From Hyaloraphidium curvatum SAG 235-1 (Eukaryota; Fungi; Monoblepharomycota), in the NCBI GenBank assembly GCA_025558095.1, contig JAIVFI010000028.1, positions 186,001-250,000 on the forward strand: DNA of 64,000 nucleotides, in the 5' to 3' direction. The notes beneath the pieces are model-generated. The model had not been told where the DNA came from. It searched no databases and saw only the letters and a list, made by a program, of their open reading frames with translations. The translations under genes and the position numbers were made by a program. This document shows, piece after piece, positions 34,828 to 44,895 of this stretch; positions within the stretch are counted from its first letter, which is position 1, and each line of letters starts with the position of its first letter.

Positions 34828-36054
34828 CTATGTCGCCACTGCAAGGGATGTCAGCGTGGATCCGCTCTCCGCGAGCGCAAGCCTCACCTGGCGGTATGTC
34901 CGCGACTTGACTCGCGTACTGCCGATCATAAGCGAGAGCGATGCGCAGGCGGAGGTGGGACCCACCTTGTCGAACATCCACCTGTACTTCCACTCGTCCT
35001 TCGGCAGCCCCGGGCAGGCGAAGTTTGCCCTGTAAGCCTCCACCTCCTCCCTCGCTTTCGGGTCATCGACCCCTTTGCGGGTCCCGTTGAACAGGGTAAA
35101 CATGTTCATCGCCCACGCGCCCGCGATGTGCCAGATAAAGTCCCCCGGCCGCCACGGGTCCCTGTCGCGCTGGCAGTCGATCTCGACCGGATAGGCGTTG
35201 AACCTCTTCTGCGGGACCACGTATGTCCGCGAGCGCAGCTCTGCGTCCTCCCTGAGCAGCCGCACAAACTCGCCCTGCTCGTTGTCCCTGGGCGTGCGGG
35301 CCAGCAGGGTCGCGAACACGCGGCCGAGCAGGCCGAACATGTAGGGCGACGAGCGGACGAGGAAGGAGCCCGTGTTGGCCGAGTTGCAGTCCTCGGCCAC
35401 CACGAAATCCGGCAGGTGGTCCGGCCGCCCCCTCGTGTCGGCCTGCGCGGCCGCGGCGCCGCCGCACCCGTTCCCGAGCCCCGGGATCAGATCGTCGATC
35501 CGCGCGGTCATGTTCGTAATGAGCGTGTCGAGGTCCAACCACCACACGTAGGCGGCCGAGGGATACAGCTCCAGCGCCTCGATCAGAGCGCCGACCTTGA
35601 CCCAGTACCCGATGTAGCGCCCGTCGTGGCTCTTGTCGGGACGGTTCCAGCGCTTCCGGGCCATCCCGAACGGCGTCCGCGTGGGGTCCGGCGGCATCGC
35701 GTCCAGGGATTCCACGCCGCAGTCCGGCTCCCGCGGGTACAGCGCGGCGTCGCCGACGTCCACGAGGTGCGACCACGAAAACACGGGATGGAAGGCCACG
35801 CGGGGCCGGTGCAAGAGCGCGTATCGCTGCTTGTTGGCCAGCGAGCGGATCGCGTACGGCGCGTCCTTTGTCGCCGCCGTGACGATCACCACGAGCGGGC
35901 CGGGCGGCGGCGCGTCGGGGAGCGCTCCGGCGCGTAAGGCGGGCGCGGGCGCGCTCGGCGGGGCCGGCGCGGGCGGCGCGGGGCTGCGAAGCACCAGCGC
36001 CGCCGCGAACGCGCACGCGGCGAGGACGGCGCCGACGAACCACCGGCGCCGCAT
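34828..36054 (-). CDS. Glycosyltransferase family 34 (GMA12/MNN10-like), type II membrane
   Basis: Anchor WFVGAVLAACAFAAALVL, NKQRYALLH, WVKVGAL, VWWLDLDTLITN (DxD), NTGSFLVR, NEQ, FNAY, WRPGDFIWHIAG. Confidence 0.87.
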   Translation of the reverse strand: MRRRWFVGAVLAACAFAAALVLRSPAPPAPAPPSAPAPALRAGALPDAPPPGPLVVIVTAATKDAPYAIRSLANKQRYALLHRPRVAFHPVFSWSHLVDVGDAALYPREPDCGVESLDAMPPDPTRTPFGMARKRWNRPDKSHDGRYIGYWVKVGALIEALELYPSAAYVWWLDLDTLITNMTARIDDLIPGLGNGCGGAAAAQADTRGRPDHLPDFVVAEDCNSANTGSFLVRSSPYMFGLLGRVFATLLARTPRDNEQGEFVRLLREDAELRSRTYVVPQKRFNAYPVEIDCQRDRDPWRPGDFIWHIAGAWAMNMFTLFNGTRKGVDDPKAREEVEAYRANFACPGLPKDEWKYRWMFDKVGPTSACASLSLMIGSTRVKSRTYRQVRLALAESGSTLTSLAVAT

Positions 36055-36286
36055 GTGGGATGACTCGACCAGGGACGCAGTGCAAATTGATCGACGCCGC
36101 CCGGACAAACACAGATGTCCCTGGGCGGATTCCCCTTCCGATGGCCCATTCGTTGAAATCGTTCCCTTTGAACGGTGTGATGTATCTTCTCTACCGCATC
36201 GCGTGAGGAATGGGAGCCAGCTTCGCCACCCGCCGAACCATTCTTCCTTCGTGCTACATCGATCGCCCACCGCATCCGCCCCAGCC

Positions 36287-38521
36287 CTATTGGTTCTCCC
36301 CCCTCACCCGCCGCTGGTACCTCCACGCCCTCTCCCTCCACACCCTCTCCTCGTGCGCCGTCACCGGCCCCGCCACCCCCTCCCTGCTCCTCACCGCCCT
36401 CGCCACATCCACCACGGGGTCCACGGGCGCCCGCATCCTCCCCGCGCGGTCGAAATCGAACCGCGGCGCCTCCGCGGCCGGCTTCCCGGACTTTTCGGCG
36501 CGCCGGAGCTCGGCGGCCCGCGCCTCGGCCTCGAGCCGCGCGATCGTCTCCGCCGCGCGGGTCGGCATCCTCGCCGGCCGCGAACTGGGCTCCTCCAGGC
36601 CCTCGTTTCCCCCCCTCCCCGCGACGGCGGACGCGCGGTCGTACCGCTTGCCGCCCTCGGGATCGGTCGACAGGCTCAGGCGCTCCTTCCCGAGCAGGGC
36701 CAGGAGGGAAGCCGGGTCCGACGCGGCGTCGGGGGTCCGGCGGAGGGCGCGGGAAAAGGCGGGGATGTCGCGGGGCATGAGCGACAGCACGGGCTCGTGG
36801 AGGCCTGCCGCGCGGTGGGGTCAGCGACGCGACGATGGCGGGGGAGCAGGGAGGGACCGACCGAGCTCCCGGAAGATGACGCTGGCCTGGGGGGACCACT
36901 CGACCTTCCAGTAGGCGATGCCGACGGGGGTGAGGTTGTGCGCGCGCATCATCCTCAGGAAGGGCAGCGCGGCGATCCTTCGCGGGGGGGAGGGGAGGGG
37001 TCAGCGCCGGCCCCCGCGGCGGCCCCGAAGGCGGCGCAGGACGTACCTCTCCCTGATCCGATGCTTCTGCTCCCCCTCCCCGTCGTGGTCCCGAACCCAA
37101 GGCGACCTCCCCTCCACCCCCTCCACCTCCCTGCCCTCGGGCAACCGGATGTCCACCTCCCCCTCCTGCTCGCACACGACCGCCACCACCCTGTGCCACA
37201 GGTTCGGGCTCTGCTTGGCGGGGTGGGGGGGGAGGTAGGGCACGGCGCAGTGCGCGGGGTCGGCGAGGTCCAGGGTGAGGATGGGGCGCGGGGGGAGGTT
37301 GGTGTGCAGGGAGAGGAGGAGGGATTCGTACGAGGCCGTGTCGAGGCGGGGGTAGTCTGCGAAGGGGGGGGGGGGGGGGGCAAAAGCGGGGGCGACACGA
37401 TGGAGGGGAGGGTGAGAAGGGCGCGGGGGGAACGGGAGGCGCGCCGGGAGCCCACCGAGGTCCATGACGGCGACGGTCAGCAGCTTCTCCCTGCCCCGCG
37501 GCGCCGACCCGTCCGGGAAGCTCTCGATCTTGATCTTCGGGGGCGTGCGCCTGCACTCGGTGCCGTCGCCCTTGTACCTGCTGACCGGCGACATGTGCAG
37601 CGGGACGAGCGGCACGTCGGTCCGCCTGCTGAACCGCTCCGTGGCGATCCCCCGCTCCTTCTCGAACAGGGCCGTGACGGCGACCGACGGCTCGAACGCG
37701 TCGTGCAGCCCGAACAGGTCGACGAGCACCGCGTCCCGCGTCATGTGGTCCAGCAGGATGGGCAGCGTGATCTTCTGGAACACGTCCCTCTTGAGCGGCA
37801 GCAGCGCCTCGTCCTCGGGGTGCGTCCCGAACTCGCGCGCGTTGCGCGCGGGGAGCAGCTCCCTCAGCTGCGGGTCGGCGAATGCCAGCTCGTCGGCGCG
37901 GTTGCGCCTGCGCGCGGCCAGCAGCGCGCGGTCCGGGTCGGCGAGGTCCGGGTCTGCCAGGCGCGCGTCGAGCGAGGCCAGCTCGGCGCGGACCTTGGCG
38001 ACCTCTGCGTCGATCACGGCGAGGGCGAGGCGGTACGCGGCGTCTGCGGCGGATGGGGGCGGTGGTGCGGGCGCGGAGGGCGGCCCGGGTCGCGGGGCAT
38101 CGCGGGGCCCCGGTGCCTCGGAGGCCTCGCTTGCGGCGGCCGGCTGCTGTGCGGGTTCGGTGGAGTCGCCCTCGGTGGCGTGCGCCCGCCCGACGGGCCC
38201 CTCCGCCGCGATGGCGTCCGCCTTCCCCTCGGGCGCCGCGCCCTCCCGCGCGCCCTCCGCCGCCGGCACACCCGCATCCGCCGCGGCGCCCGCGGCCCCC
38301 GCCGCCCCCGCGCTTCCCTCCCCGCCCCCCGCGGCGTCCGGCCCGCCCGCGGCGAACCCGCGCGCGAACCGCGGCGCGGGGCGCGGGACCGCTCCCGCCC
38401 GCGGCGCCGCGCCCGCCCGCGGGGGGCCCGCACGCCGCGGCACCGCCGCGTGCGCGAGCAACGATAGTCGCCGGCCCGCCGCCGCGCGGAGCAGCGCGAG
38501 CGCGTCCGTGGGGGGCGCCAT
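36287..38521 (-). CDS. MRPL35: Mitochondrial ribosomal protein mL38 (PEBP-like domain), spliced
   Basis: Arg/Ala-rich presequence, TLPILLDHMT..V.VD, LLTVAVMDL|DYP, YLPPHPAK..HRVVAVVCEQ, GIAYWKVEW. Confidence 0.65.
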
Positions 38522-38751
38522 CCGGACGCGGTTTTGTTGTCGACACGACGTCTGATCGCGGGCACATCCACCCAGCTCGCGACCGCTCGAACCCGAGACG
38601 GGAACGGATCCGGCATGGACGATGGACCATCGTTGCAGATCGGGACGTCGCCTTTGCCGCGGATGGGCCCCATGCTCCCTCGGGTCACCTCCTCGATCGC
38701 CCCCGCCCGATCTCGCCCCCTCCGCACCCGATCGTGGTCGCGGCACGCCGC

Positions 38752-41118
38752 CTAGTACACGCACGGCTCCACCTCGAGCCGCACCGCAAACTCCCTCTCC
38801 ACCGCCGCCGCCACCTCGACCCCCAGCAGCCACACGTCCGCGCCCGTCGCCCCGCCCCCGTTCAGCAGCCACAGCCCGTGCTTGTCCGACACCCTCGCCC
38901 CGCCCCTCCGGCGTCCTTTGAGCCCGCACCGCTCGATCATCCACCCCGCGTGCACCAGGGTCCCCTCGGAGGCGCCGATCTCGAGACGGGAGCAATCTGG
39001 GGCGCGGGCAAGCAGCGCTCGCAGCGCATCCCCACGCATCACCGGGTTCTTAAAGAAGCTCCCCGAGCTGCACCTGCCCTCCGGATCGGGGAACGACGCG
39101 CGGCGCACCTCTTCGACCCAACGTGCCACCTGCGCAGGGGTAGGCCGATCGCACGGGTCCCGCGCCGCTCGCGCCGCAAGGGCGGGGTACGAAAGCCGGG
39201 CTACCCATGCCCAGTCGGCCCGTGGCAGCGCGAATCGCACGCTGATGATCAGATATCGCCCCTTCTCGCTCTTGAATGCCGAGTCCCTGTGCCCAAATGC
39301 GCACCGTTCGGCGTCCCAGGTCTCGAGCTTCCCCAGATGAAGGTCCACCGCATCCAGGGAGCGGAAATGGTCCGACACGGACGCGCCGTACGCACCGACG
39401 TTCTGCACCGGCGCACCGCCGGCCGTGCCGGGGATCAGCGCGAGGTTCTCGAGCCCCCCAAGGTCCTGTCCGATCGTCCACCGGACAAAGGCGTCCCACG
39501 GCTCCCCAGCACCGGCCTCCACGACCGCCTTGCCGTCTTCCGTCCCGCCAACCACCCTCCGCCCCGAGATCTCGACCCGAAGTACGGCACCTGGGAAATG
39601 ACCCCTGGGGAACAGCACGTTGCTCCCCCCGCCCAGCACCATCAGCGGCATCCGTCCCGCCAGCGCGCGGCCGGTGCGCAGGGCGTCGTCCGCGGTGCGG
39701 ATGGGGACCAGCAGGGCACAGGTGGCGGGGAGGTGCAGGGTGGTGAGCTCCGAGAGGTCGGCGTCGGCGATCGTGCCTTCCGGCAGCCCGTTCAGCACGG
39801 CATCAGGGAGAGTGCCGCACGCCGTGGCCCCGCGCAGCCGCACGACGTCCGCGCCCAGGCCCCGCAACTTGCCCTCCAGGTCCTCGTAGCCCCTGTCCAC
39901 CACGCCGGCCCTCGCGACCACCGTCGTCCCCGGCGCCGCCAGCGCCGCGATCAGCAGCGCCGCCGCGCCCCTCAGGTCCTTCCCCCTCACATGGGTCGCA
40001 CCCATCAGCACCTGCGTCCCCCGCACGTGCATATCTCCCCCTTTTGAGGAGATTTCGGCGCCCATGCGGGCGAGCTCGCCGGCGTGCGAGGTGCGCCGGG
40101 GGTACACCGCGTCTGACACGGTGCACTCGCGGCCGGGGGGGAGGAGGCAGCACAGGGCGGTGTAGGGCTGCTGCAGGTCAGTCAAGAAGGCGGGGTGGTC
40201 CCCCGCCGCAATGCTGGGCGGGGTTGGACGGACCGCGGGGGAGGTGGGTGACCGGATTCGGATGCCGTCGGGGAGGGAGTCGACGGTACATCCGGCGGCG
40301 CGGAGGGCATCGACGAGGGATTCCAGATGCTGGAGCTCGGCGCCTTGCACCAGCACGTCGCCGCCACATGCGGCCGCGGCGATCATGAAGGTGCCCGCCT
40401 CGGTGCGGTCGGGCATGACCGAGTGGGAGGCGCCGGCGAGGGTCTCGGCTCCGCGGATGCGGATGGTCCGCGTGCCGGCGCCCGAAATGGAGGCGCCCAT
40501 CTTTGTCAGGAGGGATGCGACGTCGGCCACCTCGGGGTCCAGCGCCGCGTTGTCGATAACACTCTCGCCAGGGGCCAGCGCGGCCAGCATCAGCGCGTTC
40601 ATGGTCCCCGTCACCGTCGGCCTGCGGAATTCGATGCGTGCGGCACTGATCGGCCCGCGGGCCTCGATCTCCCCGTCCTCGCCAGTGGCAACGACGGCGC
40701 CCATCTGCCGCAGCACGCCGACGTGCATGTCGAGCGGGCGCGGCCCGATGGCGCACCCCCCCGGCGGCGCGGGCAGGTGCGAGCGTCCGAGCCGTGCGGT
40801 GAGGCCGAGCAGCAGCACGGCGGCGCGGGACGCGGTGCACAGCGCCGGCGGCGGAGGCGGGGCAAGCCCCCGCGGGCACGGCCCCACGGCCACCGTCCCG
40901 TCCGGCAGCCGCCCGGCGGGGCACCCGATCGCCCGCAGCAGCCGCATCGCGCAGTCGACGTCGGCGATGCGCGGCACGTTGGCCAGCCGCGTCCTCGCGG
41001 AGCCCAGCGCCGCGGCGAACAGGCAGCCCAGCGCGGCGTTCTTGGAGCCCGCCACGGCCACCGCGCCGAGCAGCGGGCGGCCGCCGCGGACGACGAACGC
41101 GCCGCCGTCGTCGTCCAT
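38752..41118 (-). CDS. murA-murB: MurA-MurB fusion (UDP-GlcNAc enolpyruvyl transferase + UDP-N-acetylenolpyruvylglucosamine reductase), copy 1, 788 aa
   Basis: MurA: GSKNAAL, PGGCAIGPRPLDMH, PDRTEAGTF, FLTDLQ, DLRGAAAL, DRGYE. MurB: GGGSNVL, GLENLALIPGTAGGAPVQNVGAYG, FGHRDSAFK, GSFFKNP, LEVEP. Single intronless ORF. Confidence 0.95.
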   Translation of the reverse strand: MDDDGGAFVVRGGRPLLGAVAVAGSKNAALGCLFAAALGSARTRLANVPRIADVDCAMRLLRAIGCPAGRLPDGTVAVGPCPRGLAPPPPPALCTASRAAVLLLGLTARLGRSHLPAPPGGCAIGPRPLDMHVGVLRQMGAVVATGEDGEIEARGPISAARIEFRRPTVTGTMNALMLAALAPGESVIDNAALDPEVADVASLLTKMGASISGAGTRTIRIRGAETLAGASHSVMPDRTEAGTFMIAAAACGGDVLVQGAELQHLESLVDALRAAGCTVDSLPDGIRIRSPTSPAVRPTPPSIAAGDHPAFLTDLQQPYTALCCLLPPGRECTVSDAVYPRRTSHAGELARMGAEISSKGGDMHVRGTQVLMGATHVRGKDLRGAAALLIAALAAPGTTVVARAGVVDRGYEDLEGKLRGLGADVVRLRGATACGTLPDAVLNGLPEGTIADADLSELTTLHLPATCALLVPIRTADDALRTGRALAGRMPLMVLGGGSNVLFPRGHFPGAVLRVEISGRRVVGGTEDGKAVVEAGAGEPWDAFVRWTIGQDLGGLENLALIPGTAGGAPVQNVGAYGASVSDHFRSLDAVDLHLGKLETWDAERCAFGHRDSAFKSEKGRYLIISVRFALPRADWAWVARLSYPALAARAARDPCDRPTPAQVARWVEEVRRASFPDPEGRCSSGSFFKNPVMRGDALRALLARAPDCSRLEIGASEGTLVHAGWMIERCGLKGRRRGGARVSDKHGLWLLNGGGATGADVWLLGVEVAAAVEREFAVRLEVEPCVY

Positions 41119-41189
41119 CGGCCGGGGCCTTGGCCGGACGCGAGGACAGCCATGCGGACGCCGGAATTAAACAACCAACCGACGGCGGG

Positions 41190-41981
41190 ATGGGCACCGT
41201 CCGCCGGCTGGCGCAGTCTTGCTCCACGGCCGCCGCGCTGCTGCTGCTGCTGCTCCTTCCCCGGGCCCGGCGGCCCGACGCCGGCCGGCCGCCGCGGCAC
41301 CCTCGCGGCGCCCCGCTCATCGCCAACGCGACCACCGCGATCGTCGTTTCCTACCGGTACGGCCACCTCGCGGCTCACGCCCTCGAGACGGCGCTGGCCC
41401 AGACCCGCCCCTTCGATTTCATCTGGTTCGCCGACGATGCCGCCGGCGACTGCGCGCACCTCCCCGCGCTCTACCCCGAGGTCTCGTTCTTCCTCCGGCG
41501 GGAACGCCTCGGCACGGTGGCCAACTTCCAGGACCTCCTGGACCGCGTGTCCACCGAGCGCTTCGCCTTCTTCGGCGCCGACAACTGGCTCCGCGAGGAC
41601 CTGCACGAACGCCTGGCGTCGCACGCCGCGGACGCGGTCAAGTACGACCTCGCGGTCGTCGGCGACCCCCGCGGCGAGTCGTACGCCGTCCGGCACCACG
41701 GCGGCCCGGCCCGCAGGCAGATGCGCCGCGAACCGGGCTGGTGGCACTGGGACATGTCGTCGCTGCACAGCGGGTCGATGCTCCTCCGGACCGCCGCCGT
41801 GCGCGCCGCGGGGGGGTACGCGGGGACCAGCCGCAGGGCCGGGATGGGGGCCGAAGCGCGGAGGACGGAGGAGGACAGGGACCTATACGCGGCGATGCTG
41901 GCGCGCAACGCCAGCGTGGTGCACGTGCCCGAGGCGCTGCTGTACTACCGCCGGCACAGGGCAAACCACAACCCGCCATGA
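41190..41981 (+). CDS. GT2-family (GT-A) glycosyltransferase with N-terminal signal/anchor, paralog 1 (263 aa)
   Basis: AAALLLLLLL anchor, SYRYGHL..ALETALAQT.PFDFIWFADD, LGTVANF, FFGADNWL, EEDRDL, HVPEALLYYRRH. Confidence 0.85.
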   Translation: MGTVRRLAQSCSTAAALLLLLLLPRARRPDAGRPPRHPRGAPLIANATTAIVVSYRYGHLAAHALETALAQTRPFDFIWFADDAAGDCAHLPALYPEVSFFLRRERLGTVANFQDLLDRVSTERFAFFGADNWLREDLHERLASHAADAVKYDLAVVGDPRGESYAVRHHGGPARRQMRREPGWWHWDMSSLHSGSMLLRTAAVRAAGGYAGTSRRAGMGAEARRTEEDRDLYAAMLARNASVVHVPEALLYYRRHRANHNPP

Positions 41982-42560
41982 GAGGGAGGTGGGCCTCGCG
42001 GGCGTGGCCGGATCGGTTTCGCTGGGTCTCGATTCCTATTAGGCACTTCGCACGGTGGCGACTCAAGTTGTGTCGACCCCCCCGCACGTGGGACGACGGT
42101 CGGCCGGCCTCGCCGCCGCGGCTGGATGCCATCAAGTAGAAGGGCGAGGTCCACGCTCGTACCGTACCGCAGTCGTCGAAGCCACCACGCGCCAGCCTTG
42201 ACGCCGCCGCTGCAGAACCGAAAATGGATTCCCATGATCACGAATCCCGGCCGGGCTTTCTTGAGCACCGCTGGATGCCCGCAGCCGCGATTGCCGGGCA
42301 CGTCACGCGACGAACGTGCCGTTTTCGACCGGAAAGGGCAGCTGCAGAGGTGGTCTTAACCCCGGAAGCGGCCCTTTCGGAAACCACACGTGCCACGCTG
42401 CCGCTATCGGAACCGTCCCAGCGTCCGACCACCGGGAAGAATCTTGATCGGCCGTCGATGTACCGGACATTAATCGACGCAGGGTGCGGGCGATGCCCCG
42501 TTTTTCGGGACGCGTAAACAACCCGCCACCAATCGGGTCTTGGTGCGGACAAACGCCGAC

Positions 42561-43397
42561 ATGGGCATCGACCGCCGGCTCGCGCCGCCAATCGCGGTAG
42601 CCGCGTGCCTGCTGACGGCCTGGGGTCCGTGGCATGCCGCTGCCCCCGCTCCGCCGGCCGCCCCCGGCGCGGCGGGCATTCCGGGCGCCGCATCGCCAGA
42701 GTGGCCGCCCCGCCACCCGCCGGGCGAGCCGCTCATCCCGAACGCCACGACGGCGATCTTTGCCTCGTTCAAATACGGCCACCTGGCGGCCCACGCCCTC
42801 GAGACGGCGCTCGCGCAGACCCGCCCCTTTGATTTCATATGGTTCGCCGACGACGCCGCGGGCGACTGCGCGCACCTCCCAGCGCTGTACCCCGAGGTCA
42901 CCTTCATCTTGCGCCCCGTGCGCCTCGGCACGGTTGCCAACTTCCAGGACCTGCTGGACCGCGTGGCCACGGAGCGGTACCTCTTCTTTGGCGCCGACAA
43001 CTGGCTACGCGAGGACCTACACGAGAAGCTGGCATCCGCCGACGCCGACGTCGTCAAGTACGACCGGACCGTCGTCGGCGACCCGCACGGGGAATCGGGG
43101 CTGGTGCGGCACCACGGCGGCCCCACCCGCAGGCAGATGCGCCGCAGCCCCGACGGGTGGCGCTGGGACATGGCCTCGCTGCACAGCGGGTCGATGCTCC
43201 TCCGGACCGCTGCCGTGCGTGCCGCGGCGGGTTACGCGGGGACCAGCAGCAGGGCGGGGATGGGCGCCGGGGCGCGGAGGGCCAACGAGGACGCGGACCT
43301 GTACGCGGCGCTGAGGGCGCGCAACGCGAGCGTGGTGCACGTGCCGGAGGCGCTGCTGTACTACAGGCGGCACAGGGCGAATTTCAATCCGTCGTGA
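42561..43397 (+). CDS. GT2-family glycosyltransferase with N-terminal signal/anchor, paralog 2 (278 aa)
   Basis: IAVAACLLTAW anchor, Pro/Ala stem, same GT2 motifs (NEDADL). Confidence 0.85.
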   Translation: MGIDRRLAPPIAVAACLLTAWGPWHAAAPAPPAAPGAAGIPGAASPEWPPRHPPGEPLIPNATTAIFASFKYGHLAAHALETALAQTRPFDFIWFADDAAGDCAHLPALYPEVTFILRPVRLGTVANFQDLLDRVATERYLFFGADNWLREDLHEKLASADADVVKYDRTVVGDPHGESGLVRHHGGPTRRQMRRSPDGWRWDMASLHSGSMLLRTAAVRAAAGYAGTSSRAGMGAGARRANEDADLYAALRARNASVVHVPEALLYYRRHRANFNPS

Positions 43398-43820
43398 GGC
43401 GGTGCCGGATGCGCGGGATCGGCTGTACAGTATCTCGTCGTTGGATATAACATGGGATCGGCCGCCGCCGCCCCAAACCCAGAGGGATATCGCAGCCCGC
43501 CGCGCCGGGCCTCCCCGCCCATCCCTCTCCAAGCCTGCCCGTCTTCCCCGCTGGCGGTTCCGACAGCGCCTCCGCGTCCCCGAGCGCGGAGCCCAGCCCC
43601 TTCGTGGCCGGCGGGCCGGGGGTGCACGGCGCCGGCCTTGCGACGGGGCACGGGCCGGCGACCCGGCCACGCACGGGGCCGGGTGGTGGCACTGCTCTGA
43701 CGAAGCTGTAACAGAAGCGTCGTTCGGGCGATGATGGATTCGGAGTGCGCCCAACGAGCGGTCCCAAATGATCGGGTCGCTGCTTTCCCATGCTGAGGCG
43801 CCGCGCCGATCGCCCCGCCC

Positions 43821-44699
43821 TCACGACGGATTGAAGTTGGTCCTGTGCCGGCGGTAGTAGATCAGCGGCTCGGGCACGTGCACCACGGTCGCGTTGCGCC
43901 GGCGCAGCGCCTCGTACAGGTCTTGGTCCTCCGCGGTCTTCTGCACCGCGACGCCCGCCCCGGCCACGCGGGACGTTCCCTTGTACCCGCCCGCGGCGCG
44001 CACAGCCGCCGTACGGAGTAACATCGACCCGCTGTGCAGGAAGGTCATGTTCCAGTACCAGCCGTCCGCCGCGCGGGTGAGCTCCGGGCCGGCGTGGAAC
44101 TTCACCACCTCCGACGTCCCGTGGGGGTCCCCGACAATCGACCGGTCGTACTTGACCACGTCGGCGTCGGCGGATGCCAGCTTCTCGTGGAGGTCCTCGC
44201 GCAGCCAGTTGTCGGCACCGAGGAACAGGTAGCGCTCGGTCGCGACGCGGTCCAGCAGGTCCTGGAAGTTGGCCACCGTGCCGAGGCGTTCCCGCCGGAG
44301 GATGAAGGTGACCTCGGGGTAGAGCGCTGGGAGGTGCGCGCAGTCGCCCGCGGCGTCGTCGGCAAACCAGATGAAATCGAAGGGGCGGGTCTGCGAGAGA
44401 GCGGTTTCGAGGGCGTGCGCCGCCAGGTGGCCATATTTGAACGAGGCAAAGATCGCCGTCGTTGCGTTGGGGAGCAGCGGAGCGCCCGGCGGGTGCCGCG
44501 GCGGCCAGGCGGGGGGGTCGCTGTGCGCCGCGGTAGCCGGGGTTGCTGTGTCGCGTGGGGGCGCATCGTGGAGGCTAGCGGGTGGCGGCGTCGTTGTTGC
44601 CGCGGCGTTCCAGTGCATCGGGGCCGCCACGAGCAGCAACAGCGCGGCGGCGGCGGCAGCGGCAATGGGCAAGGCCCACCGGCGGGCCCCGGCGCCCAT
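43821..44699 (-). CDS. GT2-family glycosyltransferase with N-terminal signal/anchor, paralog 3 (292 aa)
   Basis: ALPIAAAAAAALLLLVAA anchor, Thr/Pro stem, same GT2 motifs (AEDQDL). Confidence 0.85.
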   Translation of the reverse strand: MGAGARRWALPIAAAAAAALLLLVAAPMHWNAAATTTPPPASLHDAPPRDTATPATAAHSDPPAWPPRHPPGAPLLPNATTAIFASFKYGHLAAHALETALSQTRPFDFIWFADDAAGDCAHLPALYPEVTFILRRERLGTVANFQDLLDRVATERYLFLGADNWLREDLHEKLASADADVVKYDRSIVGDPHGTSEVVKFHAGPELTRAADGWYWNMTFLHSGSMLLRTAAVRAAGGYKGTSRVAGAGVAVQKTAEDQDLYEALRRRNATVVHVPEPLIYYRRHRTNFNPS

Positions 44700-44895
44700 C
44701 CCGGTTGCTGCTGAAGTAGAGGGCTTCCGGCACGGAGCAACAACGTCGATTATCGTCACCGCAGCCCCCGCCCGGGTATCCGTTTCGAGCGATGCAAACG
44801 AGAAAGGGACGGATGAAACAAGGGATGCCGGCGGCTTGCGGCCATCCGGCCACTCAATCGAGGGACGAAGAGCAACAAAACAAGGCACGCCCGGG

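Noticed and set aside
37364-37380. G17 run as a G-quadruplex or phase-variable tract
   Set aside because: It is the C-rich pyrimidine tract just before an intron acceptor of the minus-strand mL38 gene.
35633-40047. Very long alternative-frame ORFs (944, 914, 721 aa and many others)
   Set aside because: These are Arg/Pro/Gly-rich shadow ORFs expected from stop-codon scarcity at high GC, overlapping real genes.
38752-41118. EPSP synthase (AroA) or a generic fungal FAD oxidase instead of MurA/MurB
   Set aside because: MurA-specific KNA, PGGC.IG.RP and DRGYE motifs and MurB-specific QNVGAYG and GSFFKNP motifs are present.
41982-42560. Extra small genes between the GT paralogs (also 43398-43820)
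   Set aside because: No recognisable motif or convincing ATG-initiated ORF.
44371-44895. 175-aa N-terminal extension (possible targeting peptide) on MurAB copy 2
   Set aside because: It is largely the antisense of GT paralog 3. Copy 1 starts at the equivalent of 44896.
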